The notes under the pieces were generated by a model. That model was given only the letters and a program-made list of their open reading frames with translations. It was not told the origin of the DNA and made no database searches. Below, piece after piece: positions 12,782-21,310 of a stretch of DNA of 64,000 bases; position 1 is the stretch's first letter; every line of letters starts with the position of its first letter. A program made the position numbers and the translations under genes. The stretch is from an uncultured Lachnospiraceae bacterium (GTDB lineage Bacteria; Bacillota; Clostridia; Lachnospirales; Lachnospiraceae): NCBI GenBank assembly GCA_947630925.1, contig CANRJM010000004.1:70170-134169 (forward strand). Reading direction: 5' to 3'.

Positions 12782-14482
12782 TTATTTTAGTCTGTATGAA
12801 CTTTTCATTGATACAATCCTGTTAAATACTAAATGTTCCTCTGTAGAATCTTTTGAATCTACCACAAAATATCCATGTCTGACAAATTGAAAACTATCCA
12901 TTGGTTTTGCTTCGGCCAAAGCCGGTTCGATATAACAATTTTCCAATACCGTCAGAGAGTTGGGGTTTAAGTTGATGCTGCCGTCTTCATTATACACCCC
13001 TTTTTCTTCATCTACAATATTTTCATAGAGACGGACTTCTGCCTTTTTAGCAGTCTCCGCACATACCCACTGAATCGTTCCCTTTACTTTTCTCCCTGTA
13101 AAGCCGCTTCCGCTTTTGGTTTCGGGATCATAGGTACAGTGTATCTCTACTACCTTTCCTTCGTCATCTGTTATATAATCTGTACAAGTCACAAAATACG
13201 CGTTCATCAGACGGACTTCATTTCCCGGATATAACCGAAAATATTTTTTCGGCGGTTCAATCATAAAATCCTGTCTCTCAATGTACAATTCCTTTCCAAA
13301 CGGAACTTTTCTTGTTCCCATTGCTTCATTTTCCTGATTATTGGAAACATCCAGATACTCAATCTCACTCTCCGGATAATTTGTAATAATTAACTTAACA
13401 GGATCCAAAACAGCCATCATTCTGGCGCGCTTCATCTTCAGATCCTCACGGATACAATACTCAAGCATCGCATAGTCTGAAGAACTCTGTGCCTTTGAAA
13501 TACCGGATAATTCAATAAACATGCGAATAGACTCCGGCGTGAAACCACGTCTGCGCAAGGCAGCGATTGAAACTAAACGCGGATCATCCCAGCCGTCTAC
13601 GATCCCTTCTTCCACCAGTTTTTTAATATATCGTTTTCCGGTAACCACATTGGTTAGATACAGTTTGGCGAACTCAATCTGTTTTGGCGGATGGTCAAAC
13701 TCAAGTTCTTTTACGACCCAATTATATAGCGGGCGATGATCCTCAAACTCCAGCGTACATAGCGAATGGGTAACCCCTTCCAGGGCGTCCTCGATAGGAT
13801 GCGCAAAATCATACATTGGATAAATACACCACTGGCTGCCTGTATTATGATGGTTCATGCGGGCCACGCGATACAGGATAGGATCCCTCATATTAATATT
13901 GGGCGATGCCATATCAATCTTTGCCCGAAGCACCTTGCAACCATCCTCAAACTCACCGGCACGCATCCGTTGAAATAAATCAAGGTTTTCTTCTACGGAA
14001 CGCTCCCTATACGGACTATTGACGCCCGGTTCTTTCAGAGTGCCGCGGTATTCCCGTATCTGTTCAGCAGTCAGGTCGCAAACAAAGGCTTTTCCCTTTT
14101 TAATCAACTTAACAGCGCACTCATACATCTGATCAAAGTAATCAGAGGCATAATATATCTGCTCCGGATCTAAATCTCCGCAGATCCATTTAACGTCTTC
14201 CATAATGGAATCCACAAATTCTGTCCTTTCCTTCATCGGATTGGTATCATCAAACCGTAAATGAAAACTCCCCTGATATTCTCTGGCTAAACCAAAATTA
14301 AGCAATACAGACTTTGCATGCCCTATATGGAGATAACCGTTTGGCTCGGGGGGAAAACGCGTTACTACGGTACGATAGACGCCTTCCTCTAAATCTTTAT
14401 CAATAATATTCTGGATAAAATTTCGGGATATCTTTTCTGTATTTTCCTCTTTCATTTCTTTTTCCTGATTCGGACTACTCAC
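12782..14482 (-). CDS. glnS: Glutamine--tRNA ligase
   Basis: 566 aa. [18 protein letters not shown] is the HIGH motif. Class I GlnRS/GluRS core with a C-terminal anticodon-binding beta-barrel. GTG start with AAGGAGGAG upstream. Confidence 0.9.
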   Translation of the reverse strand: MSSPNQEKEMKEENTEKISRNFIQNIIDKDLEEGVYRTVVTRFPPEPNGYLHIGHAKSVLLNFGLAREYQGSFHLRFDDTNPMKERTEFVDSIMEDVKWICGDLDPEQIYYASDYFDQMYECAVKLIKKGKAFVCDLTAEQIREYRGTLKEPGVNSPYRERSVEENLDLFQRMRAGEFEDGCKVLRAKIDMASPNINMRDPILYRVARMNHHNTGSQWCIYPMYDFAHPIEDALEGVTHSLCTLEFEDHRPLYNWVVKELEFDHPPKQIEFAKLYLTNVVTGKRYIKKLVEEGIVDGWDDPRLVSIAALRRRGFTPESIRMFIELSGISKAQSSSDYAMLEYCIREDLKMKRARMMAVLDPVKLIITNYPESEIEYLDVSNNQENEAMGTRKVPFGKELYIERQDFMIEPPKKYFRLYPGNEVRLMNAYFVTCTDYITDDEGKVVEIHCTYDPETKSGSGFTGRKVKGTIQWVCAETAKKAEVRLYENIVDEEKGVYNEDGSINLNPNSLTVLENCYIEPALAEAKPMDSFQFVRHGYFVVDSKDSTEEHLVFNRIVSMKSSYRLK

Positions 14483-14558
14483 TGTGTCTCCTCCTTTAGT
14501 GATTTATCAAGCCGCAATGATAACGCTTTACAAAATCATTCCAAACATGCCATTATTT

Positions 14559-14587
14559 ATCATAACACATTTCGGAAAAATAGTAAA
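14559..14587 (-). promoter_or_regulatory. Candidate extended -10 promoter for glnS
   Basis: On the minus strand, TTTACT (14582-14587), 17-nt spacer, TGtTATGAT (-10 at 14559-14564). Confidence 0.5.
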
Positions 14588-14633
14588 ATATTTATTGGGC
14601 TCCCACCCTGACAACATCTTTTTTCCTTTTTTT

Positions 14634-14669
14634 AAAAAAGCTGCCCTACCAAAATATTGGTAACGCAGC
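14634..14669 (-). terminator. Intrinsic terminator after the SleB-like hydrolase gene
   Basis: On the minus strand, a GCTGCGTTACCAA...TTGGTAGGGCAGC stem followed by T6. Confidence 0.8.
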
Positions 14670-14679
14670 AAAATTTTCT

Positions 14680-15420
14680 TTATTTAAAACGATGTCCCCC
14701 CAACTTCAATCTGGCATGCGGCAAATGCACGCTAAAAAAATGGTACCCCTTCATATTCTTTACTTTTCCTTTGATAATAATCGTTCTCCGTCCTTTTAAG
14801 ACTTTTTTAGCAGCCTGAATACATGATTTCCACTGGACAGAATGTATGCGGCCTCTGTCATATTGATTTAATCTCTTTCGAAGAGAGCCATTTCTGACCG
14901 GCGAAAACTGACCTTTCTGATAGACCACTTTTTTAATTGTGTTTGGAAATGACTTAGATTTAACACGGTTCATAATCACTACACCAACCGCAATCTTCCC
15001 CTGCATGCTTTCTCCGCCTGCTTCACAATTAATAATACTTGCCATCAGGCGCAGCTCGCTTTTTGTATAGATTTTCTTTTTGCTTTTTGAAGCTTTCTTT
15101 TTTTTCTTCTTTGCCGTTGTCTTTTTCTGTTCTGTGTCCGTACTCTGAATATTCGATATATTATTTTGACCGGTAAATGCCGTCATATTTTTCTTATCAT
15201 CATAAGAACCCGTGTCGGCTGGTAACTCCGGATTTGTTATCAAATCAGCATCCTGTTCGGAAACTTTGGTACTGTCATCTGAAACATCAGAATTTATATT
15301 GATTTCTGTTGCAGTCTCATTTTCAGTCGTATTATTTGCAGAAGCAGATGCCGGTCGCATGCTAAATCCTGTTCCCAGAAACATCAGAAGCGCAAATAAT
15401 GACAATTTCCTAAAAAACAT
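14680..15420 (-). CDS. Secreted cell wall hydrolase, SleB/CwlJ (Hydrolase_2) family
   Basis: LMASIINCEAGGESMQGKIAVGVVIMNRV...VVYQKGQFSPV is the Hydrolase_2 signature. Signal peptide MFFRKLSLFALLMFLGTGFS...ASA. The ATG at 15420 has GGAG 6 nt upstream. There is a Lys-rich linker. Confidence 0.8.
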   Translation of the reverse strand: MFFRKLSLFALLMFLGTGFSMRPASASANNTTENETATEININSDVSDDSTKVSEQDADLITNPELPADTGSYDDKKNMTAFTGQNNISNIQSTDTEQKKTTAKKKKKKASKSKKKIYTKSELRLMASIINCEAGGESMQGKIAVGVVIMNRVKSKSFPNTIKKVVYQKGQFSPVRNGSLRKRLNQYDRGRIHSVQWKSCIQAAKKVLKGRRTIIIKGKVKNMKGYHFFSVHLPHARLKLGGHRFK

Positions 15421-15626
15421 ACTATACTCCATTCCGGAGCGTTTACGCGACGGGGCGATGAGAAAACTGCGTATGCAGTTTCTCATCTGCCATCAAAGCT
15501 ATTTGAGACGCTCCGGCACAAATAGCCGTGTAAAAAATAAGCTATCGAGCTTATTTTTTACACTAACCTCCTGAATTTCATTTCCCATGAAATTATGAAC
15601 TTTTAAATTTCATTCTTAACATTTAT
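15421..15626 (-). promoter_or_regulatory. Long structured 5' leader of the hydrolase gene, a candidate cis-regulatory RNA
   Basis: Four elements. (1) A perfect 16-bp hairpin at 15528-15563 with a U-tract. (2) An 8-bp hairpin at 15498-15526. (3) A 13-bp hairpin at 15457-15487. (4) A 9-nt perfect long-range complement between 15508-15516 and 15434-15442, ending 3 nt before the RBS. Confidence 0.5.
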
Positions 15627-15632
15627 GTAACA

Positions 15633-15660
15633 ATTATATCATGCTTTTTTAAAAAATCAA
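15633..15660 (-). promoter_or_regulatory. Strong extended -10 sigma-A type promoter for the hydrolase gene
   Basis: On the minus strand, TTGATT (15655-15660), 16-nt spacer, TGaTATAAT (-10 at 15633-15638). Confidence 0.7.
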
Positions 15661-15689
15661 CCCATTTTGAAACATTTCAAAATGGGTTG
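15651..15689 (-). terminator. Intrinsic terminator ending the fla/che tail transcription unit
   Basis: CAACCCATTTTGA pairs with TCAAAATGGGTTG (15658-15689), followed on the minus strand by A + T6. Confidence 0.8.
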
Positions 15690-15846
15690 CTATCATTAAG
15701 AATTATTTTTTGTATATTATGTATATTTTTCAAGAAAATACCATTGATATTTTTGTAAACCGTGTACAATAGATTTGGATTTTTTTCAAAAAATCAGCCA
15801 GAAATTTCCAAATATTACAAATTTATTACTTTATTTTCCCAACAAT

Positions 15847-16614
15847 CTACAAAAGCAACAGGCTTTGATAGGGAATGGAGCCGCCAAAGAGATCCAAAGC
15901 GCTTCCTACCGTATAATCCACATTCCCCTGACCTGCCTGATCAATCCAATGAATATCTTCCATTGTATGGATACCGCCGGCGTATGTAACAGGACATAAG
16001 CGCTGGCTGCCGATTCTGCGAACCACTTCCTTTTCCACTCCGGAGGCTTTTCCCTCAACATCCACTGCATGAACCAAAAATTCATCACAATATCGTGACA
16101 GCTCAGAGATGGTATCCTGGTTCAACTTCTCTTTCGTTACTTTCTGCCAGCGATTGGTCACAATATAATAATCATCTTTCACAAAACGACAGCTTAAATC
16201 CAACACCAAATGTTCTTTCCCAATCTGGGCAGACAGTTTTTCTAACCGTTCCATATCAATGATACCGTCTCGAAAAATATAGGAGGTTACAATAACATGT
16301 GATGCTCCCATATCCAAAAATTTCTCTGCATTTTCAGGATGAATGCCGCCCCCAAGCTGCATTCCTTTTGGAAAAACAGTTAAGGCTTCCCTTGCCTGGA
16401 GCACATCTGCTTCATAATATTCCGAACCTTCCTTATTCAGTAGAATAATATGACCGCCCGTCAATCCATCATTCTGATACCGCTTCGCATAATATGCAGC
16501 ATTCTGCTTCGAAACAAAGTTATCTGTCGCCTGATTTTCCTGATCCCTCAGACTTCCTCCCACAATTTGCTTTACCGCTCCATTGTGTATATCAATACAA
16601 GGACGAAATTTCAT
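15847..16614 (-). CDS. His6-type (eukaryote-like) ProFAR isomerase, a HisA homologue
   Basis: 255 aa. CIDIHNGAVKQIVGG, LGGGI, VIVTS, LVLDLSCR, NRWQ, EFLVHAVDVEG, YAGG and VGSALDLFGG are colinear with yeast His6 as I remember it. Confidence 0.8.
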   Translation of the reverse strand: MKFRPCIDIHNGAVKQIVGGSLRDQENQATDNFVSKQNAAYYAKRYQNDGLTGGHIILLNKEGSEYYEADVLQAREALTVFPKGMQLGGGIHPENAEKFLDMGASHVIVTSYIFRDGIIDMERLEKLSAQIGKEHLVLDLSCRFVKDDYYIVTNRWQKVTKEKLNQDTISELSRYCDEFLVHAVDVEGKASGVEKEVVRRIGSQRLCPVTYAGGIHTMEDIHWIDQAGQGNVDYTVGSALDLFGGSIPYQSLLLL

Positions 16615-16637
16615 GATGTTTCTCCTGTCTATTTCTG

Positions 16638-17279
16638 TTATTTCCCTGTGATTTTGCGTGCCAGCTCCTGATACGTATCATCCATGGAAACATCATAGCT
16701 GCCTGCAGTAATTGAAGTGCTATAACCGTTTTTTTCCAAATAGTTGTCAAAATCACTGGCGCTATCTATAATTCCCAGATTTTCCAATTTTTTGCTGACA
16801 TCAGAAGACCAGTCCCCTACGCTGATCGTTAGCTTTTTCTCTTCTTCGCGGATGCTTTTTTCCAACCTCTTTTTTTCCTTTTCCATATCGATTTCTTTAT
16901 CTGAAGATTTTTGTTTGGAAGGAGCTTTCGTTGCTTTTGGACTCTTAGTCGCTAACGGCGATGCTGCGGGCGATTCCGCCGGTATAGAAGTGGTTGGCGG
17001 CGATGCTATGATTTTGGCAGAGGAATCCTGCTTTGCTGGCTTGCTTGTTGCTGTCGGCAATGCGCTTGCAGATGAGACCGGAGCCTCTGTCTCCGTCTCC
17101 TTCTGCACCAGTTTTCCCTTTGATTCTTTATCTGCCGCATATACCATTCCCAATTCCCTGGCACGTGAAGTAACAAAAGAATCCGATGTGCGGATAAAAA
17201 ATGATATTCCCAAAATAACTGCAGTAAACAAAACACCTGTTCCAAATCCTCTGATAAATGACTTCTTATCCATTCTCAT
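16638..17279 (-). CDS. Uncharacterised single-pass membrane protein with an S/P/A/T/K-rich linker and a small C-terminal domain
   Basis: 213 aa. The basic N-terminus plus TM helix (GFGTGVLFTAVILGISFFI) suggests an N-in topology. The low-complexity linker is PVSSASALPTATSKPAKQDSSAKIIASPPTTSIPAESPAASPLATKSPKATKAPSK. Confidence 0.55.
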   Translation of the reverse strand: MRMDKKSFIRGFGTGVLFTAVILGISFFIRTSDSFVTSRARELGMVYAADKESKGKLVQKETETEAPVSSASALPTATSKPAKQDSSAKIIASPPTTSIPAESPAASPLATKSPKATKAPSKQKSSDKEIDMEKEKKRLEKSIREEEKKLTISVGDWSSDVSKKLENLGIIDSASDFDNYLEKNGYSTSITAGSYDVSMDDTYQELARKITGK

Positions 17280-17293
17280 TCCCTTCTTCCAAA

Positions 17294-18187
17294 CTATCTT
17301 GCATGATACATATCAATCACAAACTTAACCTCGCCCTGCCCCATGGAAAGCATTTTTGAAATTTCCAAAATGGAACGTCCCTTTTTATAGAGAGAAAGAA
17401 TTTCATCATTGCGGTTGACCATATCTCCTTCCTGCTCAGACTTGGATTTGCCTGCTTCCCGGACCTTTGGGGACGCTTCTTCTTCCATTTTTGTCATTTC
17501 TTCATCAAACGCCGAAAGCGGAGACTTCGTCTCTTCATCCGGCATCGATTCCTTTTTCTCCAAAACGTTTTCCGTCTGCGCCAACAGCCTTTGAAGCTCT
17601 TCCATGGAATCATCCTCCGGATTTTCTGCAGAGCCTTCCGGAATGACTGGCGGTTCCTGTTCGGTTTCCTGTTTAGAAACCGCATATTTCTTTTGCGCAG
17701 CTTCATATTCCAACATTTCTACTTCAATATTTTTTCTCAGTTCCAGTAATTCCTTTTCCTGCTCCTTTAACTTTTGGTATTCTATAGCAGACTCATTGTG
17801 TAAATCTGCACGAATAGAATCCATATCCGCAACTAACTGCTTCATTTCCTCCTGCTTTTCATTTAACATATCATATAAAAAAACAGCCTCTGCATGATTT
17901 TTTTCAATCTTGTCCAAAACCTGATCGGAATATTCACTCATTCCCATTATTTTTTCATTGGAAAGTTCACTCAGCTTATCATCCGTTTCCCGGAAAAAGA
18001 GATCCGCGTTTTTTTCCAGTTGATCTATCGCTTCCTGCAGTTTGTCATCTATATCATTGACAGGAACCGGTATCATTTCCTGTCTGTCATCATCTGTCCG
18101 TTCAAATCCCTGTTTATCCGACATTCGGAAACTAAATGCAACTGCCCCTAACCCAATGATCAACATTACTATCTCTAAAAAAATCAT
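17294..18187 (-). CDS. Uncharacterised membrane-tethered acidic coiled-coil protein with a C-terminal HTH-like segment
   Basis: 297 aa. TM helix MIFLEIVMLIIGLGAVAFSF, then a long E/D/K/Q-rich helical region. The C-terminus is NDEILSLYKKGRSILEISKMLSMGQGEVKFVIDMY. Confidence 0.55.
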   Translation of the reverse strand: MIFLEIVMLIIGLGAVAFSFRMSDKQGFERTDDDRQEMIPVPVNDIDDKLQEAIDQLEKNADLFFRETDDKLSELSNEKIMGMSEYSDQVLDKIEKNHAEAVFLYDMLNEKQEEMKQLVADMDSIRADLHNESAIEYQKLKEQEKELLELRKNIEVEMLEYEAAQKKYAVSKQETEQEPPVIPEGSAENPEDDSMEELQRLLAQTENVLEKKESMPDEETKSPLSAFDEEMTKMEEEASPKVREAGKSKSEQEGDMVNRNDEILSLYKKGRSILEISKMLSMGQGEVKFVIDMYHAR

Positions 18188-18212
18188 ATGTTTCTCCTAT
18201 TCTGTTTTTTTA

Positions 18213-18533
18213 CTATATTCTCATATCAAAATGGCTATCCTGCGTATGTTTACCTTCGCCGTTTTTTTCGTCAGAAGAGTTTTTCGCATGCTGACCGGAA
18301 GCATTCTGTTTCTTTTTCTGCCTTCTTCGGCGTTCCCGCTCCTCATTTTTCAGTTCTTCATTCTCCGCCTGATTTCTGCGTACCGTCTGCTCAGACTGTC
18401 TTTTTACCGCATCCTGAAACTGGGATTGAAGTTGTTGGTTCTCCTGCTCCATTTTATTGATTTCATTTGTTTGGATTTGTGAAGCCTCCTGTGATTTTGG
18501 AGGCATCGTTACATAATCAATGGTCAAAGACAT
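18213..18533 (-). CDS. Uncharacterised small, highly charged protein
   Basis: 106 aa from the ATG at 18533, with GAGGTG 5 nt upstream. Q/E/K/R-rich (ERERRRRQKKKQ), no TM helix. Confidence 0.45.
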   Translation of the reverse strand: MSLTIDYVTMPPKSQEASQIQTNEINKMEQENQQLQSQFQDAVKRQSEQTVRRNQAENEELKNEERERRRRQKKKQNASGQHAKNSSDEKNGEGKHTQDSHFDMRI

Positions 18534-18559
18534 AGAAACCACCTCATTTCACTTAATCG

Positions 18560-20167
18560 TTAAATTCCCTTGATCCTGATATCTGCGCCTTCTCTGACAA
18601 ATGCGCTGTGCTGCACCTCACTGTGCAGATGATTGGTTATATTAGAAATTGTAAGCTTCACGCCGCTATAGGCAATATCCGTCACTACAATCTTTCCGTT
18701 TCCCTGCGTATTTCCCAACTCTTCATCCAGTTTCTCATATTCCTCCGTCAGGCGTTCCATCTCTGCGTCAATCTCTTCTACCCGCATCATATCTGTTTTC
18801 AGGCTGACCAATTTCTCCTGTTCCAGAGAACCAACCGATTTAAAACGCTTTTTTAACAATGCAATATTTTGTTCTAATTTTTCTTTTTCTTCTCCTAATG
18901 ACTCCATGGTTCTTTCGATTTCATGGTATCTGTCCACCACATTTGGATCAGAACCTACTTCTAACTGTGTCTGTGTTCCCATTGTAGAACCAAGCGTTTT
19001 CGCTTCAATTTTTACAGTAGAACGTACACTTCCGCCAACAATCAGCCCTCTTTTGCCATTTACCTCAATCGTTCCTTTTGCGGTTACATCGCTATGTAAC
19101 AACGCGTCGGTAATAATTTTGCCGCCGGAATAGACGCTGGAACTTTCAATAAAGTTAGAAATCACATCTCCGCCAGCTTTCATCACGCCTTTTCCCATGC
19201 CTTTAATGCCCCGGTTTAATACAATCTTTCCTCCGGCAATCAGAGTAGATCCTTCTACGGCGCCATTGACATAAATATCTCCGGTCACATTTACGGTATA
19301 TCCCGTCAATACATTCCCTTTGATATTTACACTTCCGTCATACTCGATATCTCCGGTGGAAGGCCCTACATCAGCCGGCACCTCATAGCAATTGGACACA
19401 AAAACCATATCATCTACACAGGTAACATTTCCGGAAACATCAGAATACATGTTCAGCCCATCTTCTGATACATGTATATTTTTTCCATATCTTAATTTTT
19501 TTACAACTACCTTTTTCGGATAAATTGGATTTCCCGTAACATCCGTACCCGGCACTCCGTAATCTGCCGGCTGTAATGTTGCTAGGAGCTGCCCCTCCGT
19601 AACGGGCTCAATCATATCAAGCTTATGAAAATCAACATGACCGTCTTTGCCCACTTCCGGTTTATTCGTTTTGTCAATATTAAAGTGATATGTAATCACT
19701 GCGTCCGTACCGTGAACCGGCATTGTAGCCTTTGCGATCAGGACATTTGTACAATATAACCGGGCTTTTAGCATCATGTCAATATTCTTTTGCAAGATAC
19801 CATAGGTAATCCCCTTCTGCTGCAGCAGATCTAGAATCTCCTCATTGGTCAGTCGTGCTCCTTCACTGGAATTTGGATACAATCTAATCGTTGCATACTG
19901 CCTTTTTTCATCCATTACTATCATAGCATATTCTTTTTCCGGCAACTGGTTGTTGACAGAAATTTTTACTTCAGCATTTTTGGCTTCCGATGCTTTTTTG
20001 ATAAACGCTTTAATGGTATCCAACGTTACCATATCATATTTTTTCTTTTCTAAATAAGATAAAATGTCTTCTATCTGCAATGGCTGACCGCCGTCAACAG
20101 CCGGATAGGATTTTAAATACATACCATCGCTTTTATGAACCAACTGAAAAAATGCATTACGTTTCAT
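18560..20167 (-). CDS. FapA (DUF342) family flagellar-associated protein
   Basis: About 535 aa. The N-terminus is MKRNAFFQLVHKSDGMYLKSYP. The central region is beta-helix-like with repeated G..V.G.V motifs, and there is a C-terminal coiled coil. An alternative start at 20200 would overlap fliA. Confidence 0.7.
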   Translation of the reverse strand: MKRNAFFQLVHKSDGMYLKSYPAVDGGQPLQIEDILSYLEKKKYDMVTLDTIKAFIKKASEAKNAEVKISVNNQLPEKEYAMIVMDEKRQYATIRLYPNSSEGARLTNEEILDLLQQKGITYGILQKNIDMMLKARLYCTNVLIAKATMPVHGTDAVITYHFNIDKTNKPEVGKDGHVDFHKLDMIEPVTEGQLLATLQPADYGVPGTDVTGNPIYPKKVVVKKLRYGKNIHVSEDGLNMYSDVSGNVTCVDDMVFVSNCYEVPADVGPSTGDIEYDGSVNIKGNVLTGYTVNVTGDIYVNGAVEGSTLIAGGKIVLNRGIKGMGKGVMKAGGDVISNFIESSSVYSGGKIITDALLHSDVTAKGTIEVNGKRGLIVGGSVRSTVKIEAKTLGSTMGTQTQLEVGSDPNVVDRYHEIERTMESLGEEKEKLEQNIALLKKRFKSVGSLEQEKLVSLKTDMMRVEEIDAEMERLTEEYEKLDEELGNTQGNGKIVVTDIAYSGVKLTISNITNHLHSEVQHSAFVREGADIRIKGI

Positions 20168-20192
20168 AGCTTCATATCCTCTCATCCTCTCA

Positions 20193-20972
20193 CTAAACAT
20201 TACCGGGTCCCATAAAATTTATTTCACAGCCCATTTTGTCCCGCATCTTCCGCAATGCTTTCGTATGCAACTGTGAAACCCGCGACTCTGATACTTCCAA
20301 TATTTTACTGATTTCTTTTAATGTCAGTTCTTCATAATAATAAAATGCAATGACTTTTTGTTCGTTTTCCGTCAAAGAGGCAATCGCCTCCGCCAGCATT
20401 TTCTTTAATTCCTGCCGCTCTATAATTTCTTCCGGCTGCTCAAAATGCTGTCTGTTCTCATATTCTGATCTGATTTCACTTCCCTGTTCCAGATATTCAT
20501 CGAGAGAAACCAGATTGGCAAGCTGCGTCTGATTGATCAGCTTTTCCAAATCATTTACAGTCATATCAAGCATTTCAGCCAATTCCTCATTGGATGCGGC
20601 ACGTCCATGCTCTGTTTCGAAATCCCGGATTGCATTTTCCAACTTTTTCTGTTTCTGGCGCAGCGTCCTTGGAATCCAATCCATCTTCCGGATCTGATCC
20701 AGGATGGACCCCCGGATACGCAGGCTGGCATACGTTTCAAACTTAACTCCCTTTGTAAGTTCAAACTTATCAATGGCATCAATTAGTCCAAAAATGCCAT
20801 ATCCAACCAAATCATCATATTCTACCGTATATCCCAGATACATTCCAAGTCTTCCTGCCACGATTTTAACCAGACCGGAATATGCAATAATTAACTGCTC
20901 GCGAATGGCAGGATCTTTATTTTTATCATATTCCTTCCATAACTCTTCTTTTTCCTTATCATTCATAGGCAT
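20193..20972 (-). CDS. fliA: Flagellar sigma factor, FliA/SigD (sigma-28)
   Basis: 259 aa. Region 2 is DDLVGYGIFGLIDAIDKFE...FETYASLRIRGSI. Region 4 is LTLKEISKILEVSESRVSQLHTKAL. Located at the end of the che block. Confidence 0.9.
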   Translation of the reverse strand: MPMNDKEKEELWKEYDKNKDPAIREQLIIAYSGLVKIVAGRLGMYLGYTVEYDDLVGYGIFGLIDAIDKFELTKGVKFETYASLRIRGSILDQIRKMDWIPRTLRQKQKKLENAIRDFETEHGRAASNEELAEMLDMTVNDLEKLINQTQLANLVSLDEYLEQGSEIRSEYENRQHFEQPEEIIERQELKKMLAEAIASLTENEQKVIAFYYYEELTLKEISKILEVSESRVSQLHTKALRKMRDKMGCEINFMGPGNV

Positions 20973-20984
20973 TCCCCTTCAAAA

Positions 20985-21296
20985 TTACTTCTGCTGCTCC
21001 TGATCTGCCTGTTCGTCGCCGGAAGATTCTGTGTTCAACGCCCCTTCGACAGAATTTGCCGTATGGGAAACTCCCTGGCCGCTTTCCTCCGCTTTTTGCC
21101 GTTTGACAAACATATTGCCATCTATGACCTTCTGGATGATTTTTTTAGCGAGCAAACCTATGATATAAAAGATAACCAACGTTGCTAATAAAACCTCTAA
21201 ACTATACGTAACATCCATATCTTTCACAATAGTAATGATACATACAACTGCACCCGCCGATAAAGTGATAAACTTCGGAACAAATTCTAGTTTCAA
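20985..21296 (-). CDS. Uncharacterised small membrane protein with two TM helices and an acidic tail
   Basis: 103 aa. TTG start with GGAGGG 6 nt upstream. Located between cheD and fliA. Confidence 0.5.
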   Translation of the reverse strand: MKLEFVPKFITLSAGAVVCIITIVKDMDVTYSLEVLLATLVIFYIIGLLAKKIIQKVIDGNMFVKRQKAEESGQGVSHTANSVEGALNTESSGDEQADQEQQK

Positions 21297-21310
21297 AAAA
21301 TCCCTCCTGC

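Noticed and set aside
14483-14633. A possible T-box leader upstream of glnS (CAGGGTGGGAGCC resembles part of the T-box motif)
   Set aside because: Only about 75 nt lie between the predicted promoter and the start codon. There is no specifier-loop, stem I or antiterminator architecture, and the match to AAnnnGGGTGGTACCGCG is poor.
15085-15110. Homopolymeric A/T tracts of 8-9 nt in Lys-rich coding regions as possible phase-variation sites. They occur in the hydrolase linker at about 15090-15110, at the LtaS 5' end at about 62165-62180, and at the Ldt 5' end at about 63782-63790.
   Set aside because: They encode poly-Lys or Phe stretches in an AT-rich genome. The tracts are short and no alternative-frame ORFs make a frameshift productive. 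The sequence alone gives no evidence of slippage.
15421-15626. A c-di-AMP (ydaO) or preQ1 riboswitch in the hydrolase leader
   Set aside because: I could not find the conserved ydaO blocks (GGGGACCC, GGGGUGAAUCC, ACCCGAAUCC) or a preQ1-I fold. The structure is therefore reported as unclassified rather than assigned.
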